Part shown: positions 26,404 to 39,148 of the stretch, one piece after another
How the letters are laid out: each line of letters begins with the position of its first letter
How positions within the stretch are numbered: position 1 is the stretch's first letter
Assembly: GCF_006345805.1 (NCBI RefSeq)
Contig: NC_042998.1
Location: forward strand, 82,770,001 to 82,834,000
Reading direction: 5' to 3'
Origin: Octopus sinensis
Taxonomy: Eukaryota
Length of the DNA stretch: 64,000 nt
Notes under the pieces: generated by a model
Databases searched by the model: none
What the model was told of the DNA's origin: nothing
What the model saw: only the letters and a program-made list of their open reading frames with translations
Translations under genes and position numbers: made by a program

Positions 26404-26591
26404 TCGTGCTGCTACTGCATAAGTCTCTCTGAGAGATTTAGAAATGTATTATTTCTATTTTTAATATGTAACTTGTTTTAAATCTCTGAGCGAGAAATAT
26501 GTAGTAACAGTACTGGATAGTAAGGTCTATTTGCCAACGTAAAGTGGCAGTCCTGCTTGAGACGATGTTACTATTATTTAGCCCCAGCAAA

Positions 26592-26925
26592 ACATCTTTT
26601 CCAGCTGGCTACCGACACATCGTCTGTGCCTGTATATTGTGAGCAAGGGAGCTAATGCTCTCACTCCAGCCTTAGCGATACCTGCTGACCAATGGTTCCT
26701 GGGTTATTTCCCTTCCTCGGTGACAGCGTGTCTCTTTAAAAGTATGTTTTGTAAGCGATGCGAGTCGCTACCATCTCTAGCCAGCAATTGTCCTGACGGA
26801 GGAAAAGAAATAATCCAGAAACCATTGGTCTGCAGGTATCGCTAAGGCTGAAGTGGGAGCATTCACTCCCTTGCTCACAGTATACGGACACAGATGATGT
26901 GTCGGTAGCCAGCTAGAAAAGATGT
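26592..26925. mobile_element. Second palindromic MITE-like element (~135-bp arms, ~60-bp spacer)
   Basis: acatcttttccagctggctaccgacacatc.. / ..gatgtgtcggtagccagctagaaaagatgt. Shares tatttagccc..ctgg..gacacat with the 26146 element. Confidence 0.8.
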
Positions 26926-27095
26926 GTAGCGTGCACTTGAGTGAGATTCTTCTCCTCTCTATTATATATACATATATACGCATTTTGTACCCTGTTGTGT
27001 CCACTACTCTGATTGGTTGGTATTGGCAAAATTTGTCTCTTACTCTATTCGCGCCAATATGCAACCCAACAAATTGCAGCCTTCAAATAAGGTTA

Positions 27096-27822
27096 CGTGT
27101 GACAGCCTGTTTTCTACCCAGCTTTGAGCCTACAGCTCCTTATAAAAACCTAACTTTACCTCGTCTCGAGGTCTTTCGGTTCCAGACCTTTTAAGGTCTA
27201 GCCACTGACCACACAAGACACAGCCAGTTCCACCAACAACACAACAGCAGCCATGTAGAGACTCACCACCTTCGTCCAACAGCATTCAGCGACCTCCATC
27301 TCCATCGCCACCATTCGTCCTAACGTCAGCATCTCTCTATGCACTCGCCCAGGTTACAACATTGCTCTGTTCGTGAATTACTTCACCATGGATCAACAGT
27401 GAATATACAACCTGCAAGAACTTCCGTACCAAGTGACCTAGGCAACAGCATTACAACCACAACTTCACGTACGACATGTACCATAACCGGCTCTGCATAA
27501 TCGCTGCAACTTCTTGCTACAGTATTTCAACAATCATGTACAATTGGCTACGAACTGATGTTTATCATTCTTGTGTCTATAAACTTACTCCTGACTTCGA
27601 TGGCTACAGACTCTTTCACTGTCTCTTCTTCATCGCCATCCTTATATGTTCTTAACACGTATACATCTGTACCTACATACACACGCATCCTTCTTATTCT
27701 TATGACGGCCTGTCTACTATTCTGTATATATGACGTACACACAATCACATATATTAACAAATCAATAAATCTTCTCTTAAACATTCTATCCGGCTGAGTC
27801 TCTTACGAGAGCCTGTCACACG
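27096..27822 (+). mobile_element. 727-bp element with short terminal inverted repeats (solo-LTR-like or TA-flanked MITE)
   Basis: ta|cgtgtgacag ... ctgtcacacg|ta. Internal TATA-like cttataaaaa (~27138) and aataaa (~27765). Confidence 0.5.
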
Positions 27823-28826
27823 TATTTCCCTCTGGCACATATATGCATTATTCTGTTTATATTTATTGTTTCGATCGTGTGATGAACTAAGGGGCCATTC
27901 TCGTCACCTCGTTTCGCACGGACGTCACAAATCAGCGATCCGTTCCAGCTCCTTGAAACTACAAAACAATTACAATGGGAGAAGGAGATACAAGCCTTCA
28001 ATTTCATTATAGATGTTTTCCTGTGGCTAAATAGTAGTAATATCATCCTAAACAGGACTACCACTTTACGTTGGTAAATAGACTTTACTTTATAATATAT
28101 ATTTTCAGGGCAGCTACAGCTTACACTGGCAAATTGCACCATCTTGTGATCACTACTTGATGCTTGGAGAACTCAGATGTTGCCAACACTTTATTTAGGC
28201 TGTTAAATATGATCATCGGGAGAATGCACCATTTCACTTTATTAATCATTTAAAAGGGCTGTAACCAGCTGAAATTTAATTATTTCCCAATTAACCTGTT
28301 TACAAGAAACTGTGGCATTTAAACTTCTCCTTATTATATTAAGCTGAATAATTTATGGAAATCAGTTAATATAACGTGATGAATATTGTACAGGTGGAGT
28401 TGAGTAATTTTACTTTAACACATTAAACAATATTGCTGCATTTTATATCATTTTTATACAGTGCTTAGCTTCAAATATTAATATGATAATGGATAACAAT
28501 TTTTCCATTACCGTGTTTCAATGTATTTCTATTGAAGCTTATATTTTTAACAAGTAAGCACTATATAAATATCTTTTAATTCATTAGCCTATCTTCCTTC
28601 TATCTAGTTAGCTTTTAAGTCATTTAAGTAATCTTTCCATTTCGTTTGCTATTTATCTTTATATTTGCCTGTCTTTGTATTTGCTAGCACAATAAGTTGC
28701 CTATGAATCACCGATTATATTCTTTCTTCCTGTTTGTCATTGGTTCTTTATTTATATAGCTGGTTGGGTAGCTAACCGTCCATGTTTGTGTGTGTGCGTA
28801 AGATAAATGGATGAATGGATGAAAAC

Positions 28827-29047
<221 letters not shown>

Positions 29048-29324
29048 ACTTTCTTTATTGGCCACACGGGGCTGAACACAGAGGGGACAAATACAAATGT
29101 AGAGCTTTTCTTTTCGAAAATCAAAAAAAATGGGAAAAATAAGAAAAAAAGTAAAATTCCGATCAAAAGGGATCGGGAAAAAAAACGATCAAAGGGGATC
29201 GCGTATCGCAGAAGAGTTTTAAAAATGTAAAAAGTAACATTAGGTTTATCCGTGGAAAGAAGAGCTTACGGAAAAGACCACGGTAACCTCAGGCAGGGAA
29301 GGAATAAACACATGAGAGCAAAGT

Positions 29325-29365
<41 letters not shown>

Positions 29366-29690
29366 TACAGGCTCATGCTCAAAGTGGTTTCGTCACTCGT
29401 ACGCACAATCTTTGCTACATTCACCAACCTTTTTTTGAAACTTTCACGAGACAAAACCTGCCTCTGCATTCTCACCATCCTTTTCAAGAGGTACTTGAAA
29501 AAGTTGATGAGCATATGGCCAAAGAGGTAAGTGTTTGTCTCTAAACCTTTTGCTCGAGTCAACCACACACATTCTTTCACCACGGCCACCTGTAGGATTA
29601 AGACTGCTTTGCCTTCCCGGTCGAGGGAAGGTGGCGGAGCAATCTTCACGATAGACTGCAACATACACTTGTATGCAGAATGGCAGCTAG
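29048..29690 (-). mobile_element. L1/Tx1-like LINE 3' end (ORF2 C-terminus plus 3' UTR)
   Basis: ..AVVKECVWLTRAKGL..INFFKYLLKRMVRMQR..FKKRLVNVAKIV* resembles an L1/Tx1 ORF2 end. The UTR ends tttgtcccctctgtgttcagccccgtgtggccaataaagaaagt. Interrupted by (CT)n at ~29325-29360. Clade call is tentative. Confidence 0.6.
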
Positions 29691-29699
29691 CAGATAAAT

Positions 29700-32140
29700 A
29701 AAAATGAAGTTGCACAGTATGATAGAGGAAGATACATCAGTATCAATGACGCTTTTTGGTGCATCTTCAAATTTTTCATTCATGAGAAGCACCCAGCCAT
29801 CATTCATCTGAGTATCTATCTAAAGAATGGCCACAGGATTAGCTTTACAAAACAAACAGCCTTGCAACAAGCGTTTTCTTCAAAAGAAACTACCCTTACT
29901 GCCTTTTTTAAATTGTGTCAAGTAGATGAAGATGCAAGAAAACTTCTTTACCCACAATTACCAAGTGTTACACCTGGAAAAACAATTACTGACACAAGAG
30001 GAAACGTGGGGATGACGCTCTTGCAAGACTTTACAGTGTCCACCCAAGCCAAGCAGAGTGCTACTACTTATGGCCCCTTTTGCTTGAAGTACATGGTCTG
30101 AAATCATTCCAAGATTCGAAGAGAGTAAATGGTCATGTATATAAAACTTATAGAGAAGCATGCTATCAACAAGGTTTTTTTAGAAAATGATGAGCATTGT
30201 AACCTTGCATTGACTGAAGCACCAATATCAGATTCTCCGTAACCTTTTTGCAATTATACTGAACATGTATCAACTTGGCAGTTCCCTACAGCTTTGGATA
30301 AAACATCGTGAGAACATGGCTGAGGACTTAAAGTGTGCAGTTCAATGGGCAAATCCAGATATCAATATTCAGCTCCTTGAAACAATTTTTAACCAAGCAC
30401 TGACTGAAATTGAGGATCGATTTTTGGCCATGAGAGGCAGAAATTTGCATGAGTCTGGCTCTGGACTGCCACTAACAAACCGTCAAATTAGTGATTTAAC
30501 TTCAAGAGACATAGCAAGAAAGACAAATTATGACATCACAGACTTAGCTGCATTTGTGAATGAACATGAAGCTAAACTTCTTCCAGAATGACGTTGTGCA
30601 TATCATAAAATTATTTAGTCAGAGAAAATAGCAGCGGAATTTTCTTCCTTGATGCTCCTGGTGGCACAGGTAAAACATTTGTAACACCATTGCTTCTCTC
30701 AAAGGTAAGGCAACAAAAAAAGAATTACAGTTGCTGTAGCATTGTCTGGCATTGATGCCACCATTCTTCAAGGAGGACAAACAGCTCATTCTGCTTTTAA
30801 ATTACCACTAAACCTGGTCACAAGTGACAGTCCAATTTGTAACATAAACAAAATTTCAGATTCAGCAGAAGTGTTGCACCAATGTCACCTGATCATTTGG
30901 GATAAATGCACCATGTCATAGAGGTGCAATGGAAACTCTTGATAAGACCTTGCAGGATATCAGAGGCAACAATAAATCTATGGGAGGAGTTACATTAGTT
31001 TTATCAGGAGACTTCAGACAGACATTACTAGTCATTCCAAGATTAACAAGATTTAATGAAGTAAAAACATGTATTAAGTCTTCACACCTATGGAATAAGT
31101 ACAGAAATTCTCCTTCAATACTAACATGTGAGCTTTATTTCATGGGAACCAATGTGCAGAACAGTTTTCAACCTGGCTCCTCCATTTAAGAAATAGGAAG
31201 GTACCATTTGATGAGAATGGTGATATCAATTTGACTCATGGTAAATTCCCCAGCTGAATTGAAGAACAGGGTGTTTCCAGACTTAAATAATACTTATAAT
31301 TCACATAAATGGTTGTGTGAAAGAGCAAATCTTGCTAAAAAAAATGAGACAGTAGCAAGAATTAACCATGAATTAAAGAATAAGATTCCAACAGCCATTA
31401 AGGAGTACAAATCTGTTGAGTCAGAGCTTGATGAAAATCAAGCTGACCATTACACAACAGAGTTCCTTAATTCTCTTGAGCCACCTGGAACTCTTCCACA
31501 TAAATTTTTCTGAATGTAGGAGTCCTAATAATGCTTCTAAGAAATTTAGATCCTCCTAAGTTATGCAAAAGGACAAGGTTGATTGTGAAGACATCACCTA
31601 GTGTGATAGAAACTACCATCATTACCGGATGTGCCTCTGAAGAAAAGGTTTCCATTCCAAGAATTCCAATCAAACCAACGGTATGACTTTGCTTCACAAT
31701 CCCCAGTATGACTTTGCTTCACAATGTCTATTAATAAAGCTCAAGGTCAGTCTTTGAAATCTACTAGCTTGCTTTTCTTACGGTCAACTTTATGTTGGTT
31801 GCTCGAGGGCAGGTAGTTTGCAAGAATTATTTGTCAATGCTCCAAACAAGAAAACAAAGAATGTTGTCTATCCAGAAGCTCTTATGTAATTACCTTCAAC
31901 ATATGTGATAGAATTTACCACCCTTCATAAAAGTGGTAACTTTTGTATTTTCGTTTTTTTTTTATTATTATTATCTTATTTTTTCTTTTTTCTTTTTTGT
32001 ATTATGAATTCAGAATTGATTTCCTGATTGCAGAATAAACTGAATTTAGAATAACAAATTTCTATACAACATATTTTTCTGTTTCTTGCAATATAAAAGG
32101 AACAATATCATTCCCAGGCAACGCCAGGTACCTCTTCTAA
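29700..32140 (+). mobile_element. Helitron, 3' part (Rep C-terminus and PIF1 helicase pseudogene)
   Basis: GRYISINDAFWCIF..HEKHPAIIHL, LDAPGGTGKTF, SGIDATILQGGQTAHSAFKLPL, LIIWDKC, GGVTLVLSGDFRQTL, INKAQGQSL. Terminal hairpin cccaggcaacgccagg followed by ctaa|t (variant of CTAG|T). Confidence 0.93.
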
Positions 32141-32317
32141 TGTGTAAGTATGTATATATATATGTATGTATACATCTCGTTGTGTCTTGGGAGGGTCATT
32201 ATGCCAATAATAATGCCCGCTCTGACGTACTGATCATTCCAAGACACAACAAGATTTGTTTCAAAACATGAATTCACATCTCAAGAATCTTGCAAACCAA
32301 ATACAAAAAGTATATAA

Positions 32318-32545
32318 GTGTGTGTGTGTGTGTGTGTCACTATCATCATTTAAAGTCTATGTTCAATGTAAAAACTAAATGAAATAGCTATGTGTGTGTG
32401 TGTGTGTGTGTGTGTCACAATCATCATTTAAAGTCTATGCTCAATGTAAAAACTAAATGAAATAGCTATGTGTGTGTGTGTGTGTGTGTGTCACAATCAT
32501 CATTTAAAGTCTATGCTCAATGTAAAAACTAAATGAAATACCTGT
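32318..32545. repeat. Three tandem copies of a ~54-bp unit separated by (TG)n
   Basis: tcac.atcatcatttaaagtctatg.tcaatgtaaaaactaaatgaaata occurs three times. Confidence 0.9.
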
Positions 32546-33084
32546 GTGTGTGTGCATATGTATGTGTGTTTGTGTTTGTGCGTGTGTGTGTGTGTATGCC
32601 TGTACATGGATGTGTTTTGTGTCTGCACAAATTCATAGACAGATTCAGTTGAGAACATCCAGAATTAATTGCATCAGCTTGCACATTAATACCAGGGAAT
32701 ATTCACTTTACTAAAATAACTCCATGCTGAATAGTAGATTCTTTCAATGCAAATGAGACCCTACATTTCACACCATACTGCTTTATTACAGACTTTTTGA
32801 TGTGAAATAATTTTAATAATGATGCCCTGCAGAATTTATTTATTTGTTCATTTATTTATTTTGGAATGATTTTTTTTTTCTCTCTTTTTATGCATTTATT
32901 TTCATAGGAGTTCATCAAAAGCTATAGGTTGCCAGTAATTATTTCTGAACATGTTGTTACCTTTCTCTTGTAGTTTTGCTGACAGAATCATCTCGTTATT
33001 TAAGTTTTAACTTTTCATATCTTCTATAAAAGCAGAAAGACTAATACTGTTCTTTATATGCTTACTTAAATCATCATCATCATA

Positions 33085-33430
33085 GTGGAGGCGCAATGGC
33101 CCAGGGGTTAAGGCAGTGGACTTGTGGTCGTAGGATCGTGATTTCAATTCCCAGACCAGGCGTTGTGAGTGTTTATTGAGCAAAAACACCTAAAGCTCCA
33201 CGAGGCACTGGCAGTGGGTGGTGGCAAGCCCTGCAGTACTCTTTCACCACAACTTTCTCTCACTCTTTCTTCCTGTGTCTGTTGTACCTGTATTTTTCAA
33301 AGGGCCAGCCTTATCACAATCTGTGTCACACTGAATCTCCCTGAGAACTACTTTAAGGGTACACATGTCTGTGGAGTGCTCAGCCACTTACACATTAATT
33401 TTATGAGCAGGCTGTTCCATTGATCGGAGC
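33085..33430 (+). mobile_element. SINE family C (head type 2)
   Basis: tggaggcgcaatggcccaggggttaagg..tttcaattccc head plus the family C body. Sister copy at 51024. Confidence 0.85.
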
Positions 33431-33524
33431 ACCATGAAACTTATATCATCATAATTTAACAGAATTTTAAAGATGAAATTCTTTATAATTATAATATATA
33501 TTCTTTTCTTTTCTTTCATCTGTT

Positions 33525-33601
33525 TCAGTCATTTGACTGTGGCCATGTTGGAGCACTGCCTTTAGTTGAACAAATTGACCCCAGGACTTATTCTTTGTAA
33601 G

Positions 33602-33640
<39 letters not shown>

Positions 33641-33785
33641 GATGGGCTTCTTTCAGTTTCTGTCTACCAGATCCACTCATAAGGCTATGGTAGGCCCGAG
33701 GCTATAGTAGAAGACATTTGCCCAAGGTGCCACACAATGGGACTGAACCCAGAACCATATTGTTGGTAAGCAGCTACTCCTGCAT
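33525..33785 (-). mobile_element. SINE family B, internally deleted, with (TA)n
   Basis: Reverse-complement tail and head halves either side of (TA)n. Confidence 0.75.
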
Positions 33786-33997
33786 CTATAAATTTTTTTC
33801 TGAATTTACTCTGTTGAAATTATCTTTATAGGATTGTTGAATTATAAATAAGAGCAATGAAGAAGATCATTAAGAATACAAGATCCAAGTTCAAATCCAG
33901 CCAATTTATCAGTTTGTTTGCAGATATAAGGCACCTGCTGATTATCAAAGACAATATTGTTGAGTAAAAAGTAAAACAGAAAGATGAGTATATATGA

Positions 33998-34812
33998 GCT
34001 TCCAATTTTGGTACAATGCCAGCAATTTTAGGGGAGGGGCTAAGTCAATTAAATCAGCCCCAATGCTCAACTGGCAATTATTTTATTGACCCTGAAAAGA
34101 TGAATGGCTAAGTCAACCCCGACAGAATTTGAACTCAGAACCTAAAGATGGACGAAATACCAATAAGTAGTTTTCCCAGCATGCTAATGATTCTGTCAAC
34201 TCACCACCTTTCTACTATAGACACAAGGCTGGAAATTTGGGGGGAGGGGGATAGTCGATTTGATCAACCTCAGTACACAACTGGTACGTAATTTACTGAC
34301 CCTGCTAAGCACTTCATCCGGAATGTTAACGATTCTGTTGGTTCATCACCTTAAAATGAATAAATATTCAATTATTTAATTGTTCAAAGCAGCAAGCTGG
34401 CAGAATTGTTAGCATGCTAGACAAAATGCATAACAGTATTTCTTCTGACACTTAATGTTCTTTTTTACTCAATGGCACAAGGTCTGAAATTTTGGGGAGG
34501 GGGCCAGTCAATTAGACCTACCCCAGTACGCAACTGGTACTTAATTTATCGACCCCGAAAGGATGACAGGCAAAGTCGACCTCTGTTGAATTTGAACTCA
34601 GAATGTAAAGACAGATGAAATACTGCTAAGCATTTCACTCAGTGTGCTAACGTTTCTGTGAGCTGACGCCTAATGTTTTGAGTTAAAATACTGCAGAGGG
34701 CCACTTTGCCTTTTATCCTTTCATGTTCATTAAAAAACAGCACCAGTTGAGCACTGAGAACAATGTTACCAAATGTCTCTGCTCCAAAAATTGCTAGCCT
34801 TGTACTAAAATT
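33998..34812. mobile_element. Cluster of nested family A SINEs in both orientations
   Basis: Minus copies at 33998-34208, 34215-34350 and 34465-34678. A plus copy is split into 34388-34460 and 34680-34812. Confidence 0.75.
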
Positions 34813-35249
34813 AAAAAGAATCATATAATTGTTCACATTATAATGACACTGCTTAGTACCCTCATATTGTATAACAATGAGTTTCTTTTTCTTGTTGGAA
34901 ACAACCAACTTAGTTCCCCTAGTTAAGCCAGGTCTCCTAGAGATTTGCTATTTTATCTCTAGCGATTTCCCTTTAACACTTCTCAGCTGTTATTGACATA
35001 GGAACTCTATCTTTGTCTCATTTTACAGAATCAGAGCTTTCTCGCCGGACAGCTCTATTACAGTCTTGCTTTGCTTAGGACCCTCAACTCCTGGTGAAAT
35101 CATAAGAGCATTGCCATGACATACAGCATGTCTTGGGTATTTTTAGATTAAAGCTAGAAGAGCCCATTCCTCACCAGGTTTGATCACATTGAAGTTTACG
35201 GGAGACCCAACTTCATATATAGGACTTGGGATGATTCTTTGGACAAGGA

Positions 35250-36070
35250 CAGCTGCATAAAGAAGTGCCTATCTCTAACTGTGGATGGAACCTGTGGAGG
35301 GAAACTGTGGAGGGAACCTGAGGAAGAGGTAAACCCAGGAAGACATGGAACAAGATAGTGAAGCATAAACTTCAGATGTTTAGTCTCATGGAGGCAATGA
35401 CAAGCTATCAAGACCATGGACAATTTGTTGTGCTTAAAAAGATGCATTAAGCTGAGTGAAATAGTAGTTGTGACCAGTGCTGGTGACAAGTAAAAGACAC
35501 CTATGTCAGTGACAAGTAAAAGGCACCTGTGCCAGTGACAAGTAAGAGACACCTGTGCCAGTGACAAGTAAGAGACACCTGTGCCAGTGACAAGTAAGAG
35601 ACACCTGTGCCAGTGACTGGTAAAAAGCACCTATGCCAGTGACTGGTAAAAGGCACCTGTGCCAGTGACAAATACGAGACACTTGTGCCAGTGACAAGTA
35701 AAAGGCACCTATGCCAGTGACAGGTAAAAGGCACTAGTAAGAAGCACCTGTGCCAGTGACAGGTAAAAGGCACTTATACCAGTGACAGGTAAAAGGCACT
35801 TATGCCAGTGACTAGTAAGAGGCACCTGTGTAGGTGACAAGTAAAAGGCACCTATGCCAGTGACAAGTAAAAGGCACCTATGCCAGTGACAAGTAAAAGG
35901 CACCCACTACACTCTTGGAGTGGTTGACATTACATATGGCATCCAGCTGTAGAAACAAAGCCAAATCAGAGTGGAGACTAGTACAGCTTTCTGGCTTACC
36001 AGTCCCAGTCAAACCATTCTATCCATTCCAGCAAGGAAAACAGACACTAAATGATGATGATGATGATGAT
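35250..36070 (+). mobile_element. RTE LINE 3' end with 3' UTR and (GAT)n tail
   Basis: KKCLSLTVDGTCG..RGKPRKTWNKIVK resembles an RTE C-terminus. UTR cactacactcttggagtggttg..catccagctgtagaaac, ending in (GAT)n. Confidence 0.7.
35476..35905 (+). repeat. 26-bp minisatellite, ~16 copies
   Basis: Unit cacctgtgccagtgacaagtaa(a/g)ag(g/a) repeated head to tail with no spacers. Confidence 0.92.
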
Positions 36071-36149
36071 GGAAAAAGAAATGTATCTTATATGCCATCA
36101 GATTCAGTAACTGATGCCACAGGATCATTATATCATTTGATTGCATGGT

Positions 36150-36370
36150 CGTTGCTAGTACCGCTTGACTGGCCCCTATGCTGGTGGCACATAAAAAGTA
36201 CCCACTGCACTTTCAGAGTGGTCGCCATTAGGAAGGGCATCCAACTGTAGAAACCTTGCCAGATTAAATTGGAGCCTGTCCTCAGTCAAGCCATCCAACC
36301 CATGCCGGCATAGAAAGTGGATGTCAAACGACGACGACGACGATGGTGGTGGTGATGATGATGATGATGA
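36150..36370 (+). mobile_element. RTE-3'-UTR-related short element (family D) with (GAT/GAC)n tail
   Basis: ccgcttgactggccc..ggtggcacataaaaagtacccact..ttaggaagggcatccaactgtagaaac. Related copies at 48848-49003, 57135-57250 and 62180-62410. Confidence 0.75.
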
Positions 36371-36869
36371 AGTTATACCGACATTTAATTACATATTGGA
36401 ACTAATGAGAGCCCAGAAAGCCAAGGATAAGAGGGATGGGAAAGACTGGTGAAACGATTCAGGTTCCTCAGTAGCAGAAATGTTATGGCAACACCTCGCT
36501 TTGGGCTAATTCCTCCTGAACAGCATCTTTATAAAAATCCTTTCTGCCTATTTTTTTCCCAACATGTGTGTAAGCTAGGGATGGAGAAATGAAATATCAA
36601 CCTAAAATGTCATGAGGAATGCTTCTCTTCCTTCACTAACTTAATAATGATGTTCTTAAGTAGAAGCAACCCAGTAAGAGACAAACACTAAAGGCCAGTG
36701 TATGTGTGAAGGAATTACATTTATACAGTGTGCAGATTGATCATCACTTGAATTTACCATATCCAACTGAGAGTCAATGGGAATTGACAGTTATCCTTCT
36801 TGGTGGATAGAAATATTGTTTAGTGGTGTTTTTCTTTCACATTTGCAAATTGCAAATCTATAATTTCAT

Positions 36870-37019
36870 ATTATGTGTGTGTGTGTGAATATATATATTT
36901 CATATATATATATATACACATATTTTATACATATATATATGTATATATATTATATGTATATATATATATTATATGTATATATATATATACATATATATAT
37001 GTATATATATATATATATG

Positions 37020-37068
<49 letters not shown>

Positions 37069-37166
37069 GCATATATATATATATTATATATATATATAAT
37101 ATATATATTATATATATACATATATATATGTATATATATATATATATATACATATATATATGTATA

Positions 37167-37222
<56 letters not shown>

Positions 37223-37400
37223 TATGTATATATATATATATAATATATATATATACATATTTTATACATATACATATATATACATATATTATATGGATAT
37301 ATATGCGCATGTGTATGTGCATGTGTATGTGCATACATACATACATGTACATATACATGTACATGCATACAGACATACATACACACATACATACATATAA
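36870..37400. repeat. Long (TA)-rich alternating purine-pyrimidine tract
   Basis: Read directly from the sequence; source of several spurious YI-repeat ORFs. Confidence 0.95.
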
Positions 37401-38364
37401 TTTATGTACATATATCTTGTAGGTCATCATTTTAACATCCGCTTTCAACACAGGTGTTGGCTGATGAAATTCAATGACAAATTTCCTTTAGTGAGATGAC
37501 CTTCCTGTTGTTCTCCCTTACCTCTTTGCAGGCAGAGAAAAGTAATAGTTGTCCATAGCTTGATACATATTTCCACAGAAAGTTAGAAATGGAGGTTATA
37601 ACTTGTATGGTGGTGACACTCTTTTACAATTATCACACATACAGGGTGGTGCCAAATAAATTCTTAACAAATTTTAGCAGACTATAAATAGCATACGACA
37701 TACCACAATGTTATACAGAGATTCAACTGATGCCAACATGGAAAACAAACATTAAATGATGATGGTGGTGATGGTGATGGTGATGATGATGACAACAATG
37801 ATGATGATGATGTTGATTTGACAGACATGAAATTTTAGCTTTTGTTTCTCTTTAAGATAAATCGATGTATTAGATTGTTATCTGACACAGAGAATGAAAA
37901 AGCTCTCTGTTCTCATAGCTCTAACTGCCAGCCACAGTGTCTCAGAGTTTACCAGCTTCTCGGGTGATTCTGAGCCTTTTCTGTTCATAGTCAGGATGGA
38001 GCAGGGGGCTATTGCTGGAGACAATCCATAGCCAAATGAAAGAAACATTATCAGTGGTCAGACTTCATCAAAATAACCAAGTTTGTTGGCCAAGCCCAAG
38101 ACATCATTAACATCAACCCTAACATTTTGATGAAAGCCTCACATAGAATTTCATGGTGACAGAGTCTATCAGTGGACTATTAAACACACAGTGCACAGGG
38201 ACATCAGGTGTAAATCCTACATGATGAGAAGAAAACAGTTTATATCCAGCAAGGTCTAGCCAGAAAAAAGGCTGGTCATGTGACTCACTCAACAGCAAGC
38301 TCTCAACTTTTGGGGGATGCAGCACATACAAATTAAAGCAATGGAAAAACATAATAATAAATAA

Positions 38365-38709
38365 CTTGAATGAAGAGCCTGTAAATAGCGCAACTGTGAA
38401 ACCCCAAAATAGCCCACATGTGAGATCTAAAAATAACTAAAATAACTAGAACCAAAAACAGTTGCTAAAATAAGAAGTGCTTTTGGTATGATAAAAAAGA
38501 AATATGCAGCCAAATACAAAATCAAATGTCCAGGACTTACGAATACATATAACATAGAAAAACAGCTCTGCTAGATACCATGCACATCCAACATAGAGCA
38601 CTTACAATGTGATAAAAATTACAATACCAAAACAAAATGCAGCACCTATCCAAGGCACACAGATTTGTACTTGGTGGTGCAGTGAAAGCAAGCAATAAAA
38701 ATGAAACTA

Positions 38710-38712
<3 letters not shown>
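38365..38712 (+). mobile_element. Diverged R4/Dong-like LINE 3' fragment in (AAT)n
   Basis: Aligns by eye with the 3' ends at 41508-42020 and 42769-43273 (..ccaaggcacacag..gtgaaagca..aactactg). (ATA)n on the 5' side and (AAT)n on the 3' side. Confidence 0.7.
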
Positions 38713-38768
<56 letters not shown>

Positions 38769-38781
38769 TGATAATAATAAT

Positions 38782-39140
38782 AAGAGCACTCAGAGATCGC
38801 AAAACTGTGCCAACCAACACCAACATTCTCTCAACGATTAATCGGAGATGATTTTTAAAATGAGAATATCTGAAATAAACTCAACTGCTCTCACAAACAA
38901 GAATACTAAAACTGAACCCAACCGCTCTCAAAAATTAAGTAAAAAAAACGGGAAAAATAATCCAGAATCCTTGTCCAGTACCAGATCACTCCCCAAATCT
39001 AATCAGTTTGTGCCGTCACAGGGCCAAACATCCCTGAAAGTTTCATCCGAATCCATCCAGCGGTTTTTGAGATATCTTATCCATGGACATACAAATATGA
39101 CTGAAAACAATACCCTCGCTTTCGCTAAGGCAGAGGTAAT
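38782..39140 (-). mobile_element. Non-autonomous Helentron/DINE-like element
   Basis: Minus strand begins ttacctctgcc..gagggtattgttttc, has internal ggatggattcggatgaaacttt, and ends tgcgatctctgagtgctctt. This architecture resembles HINE/DINE-1-like elements. Inserted in (TAA)n. Confidence 0.5.
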
Positions 39141-39148
39141 GATAATGA

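Noticed and set aside
31681-31727. 20-bp direct repeat gtatgactttgcttcacaat
   Set aside because: A small tandem duplication inside the dead Helitron helicase, with no sign of function.
35476-35905. CRISPR-like appearance of this array and of 63045-63675
   Set aside because: There are no unique spacers (none at all, or microsatellite only), no cas genes, and the context is eukaryotic.
36873-37451. Long ORFs of YI/CV/MYVC/HT repeats (also at 2050, 5139, 6639, 18955, 23366, 28708, 44820, 54787 and 63070)
   Set aside because: They are translations of stop-free microsatellites, not genes.
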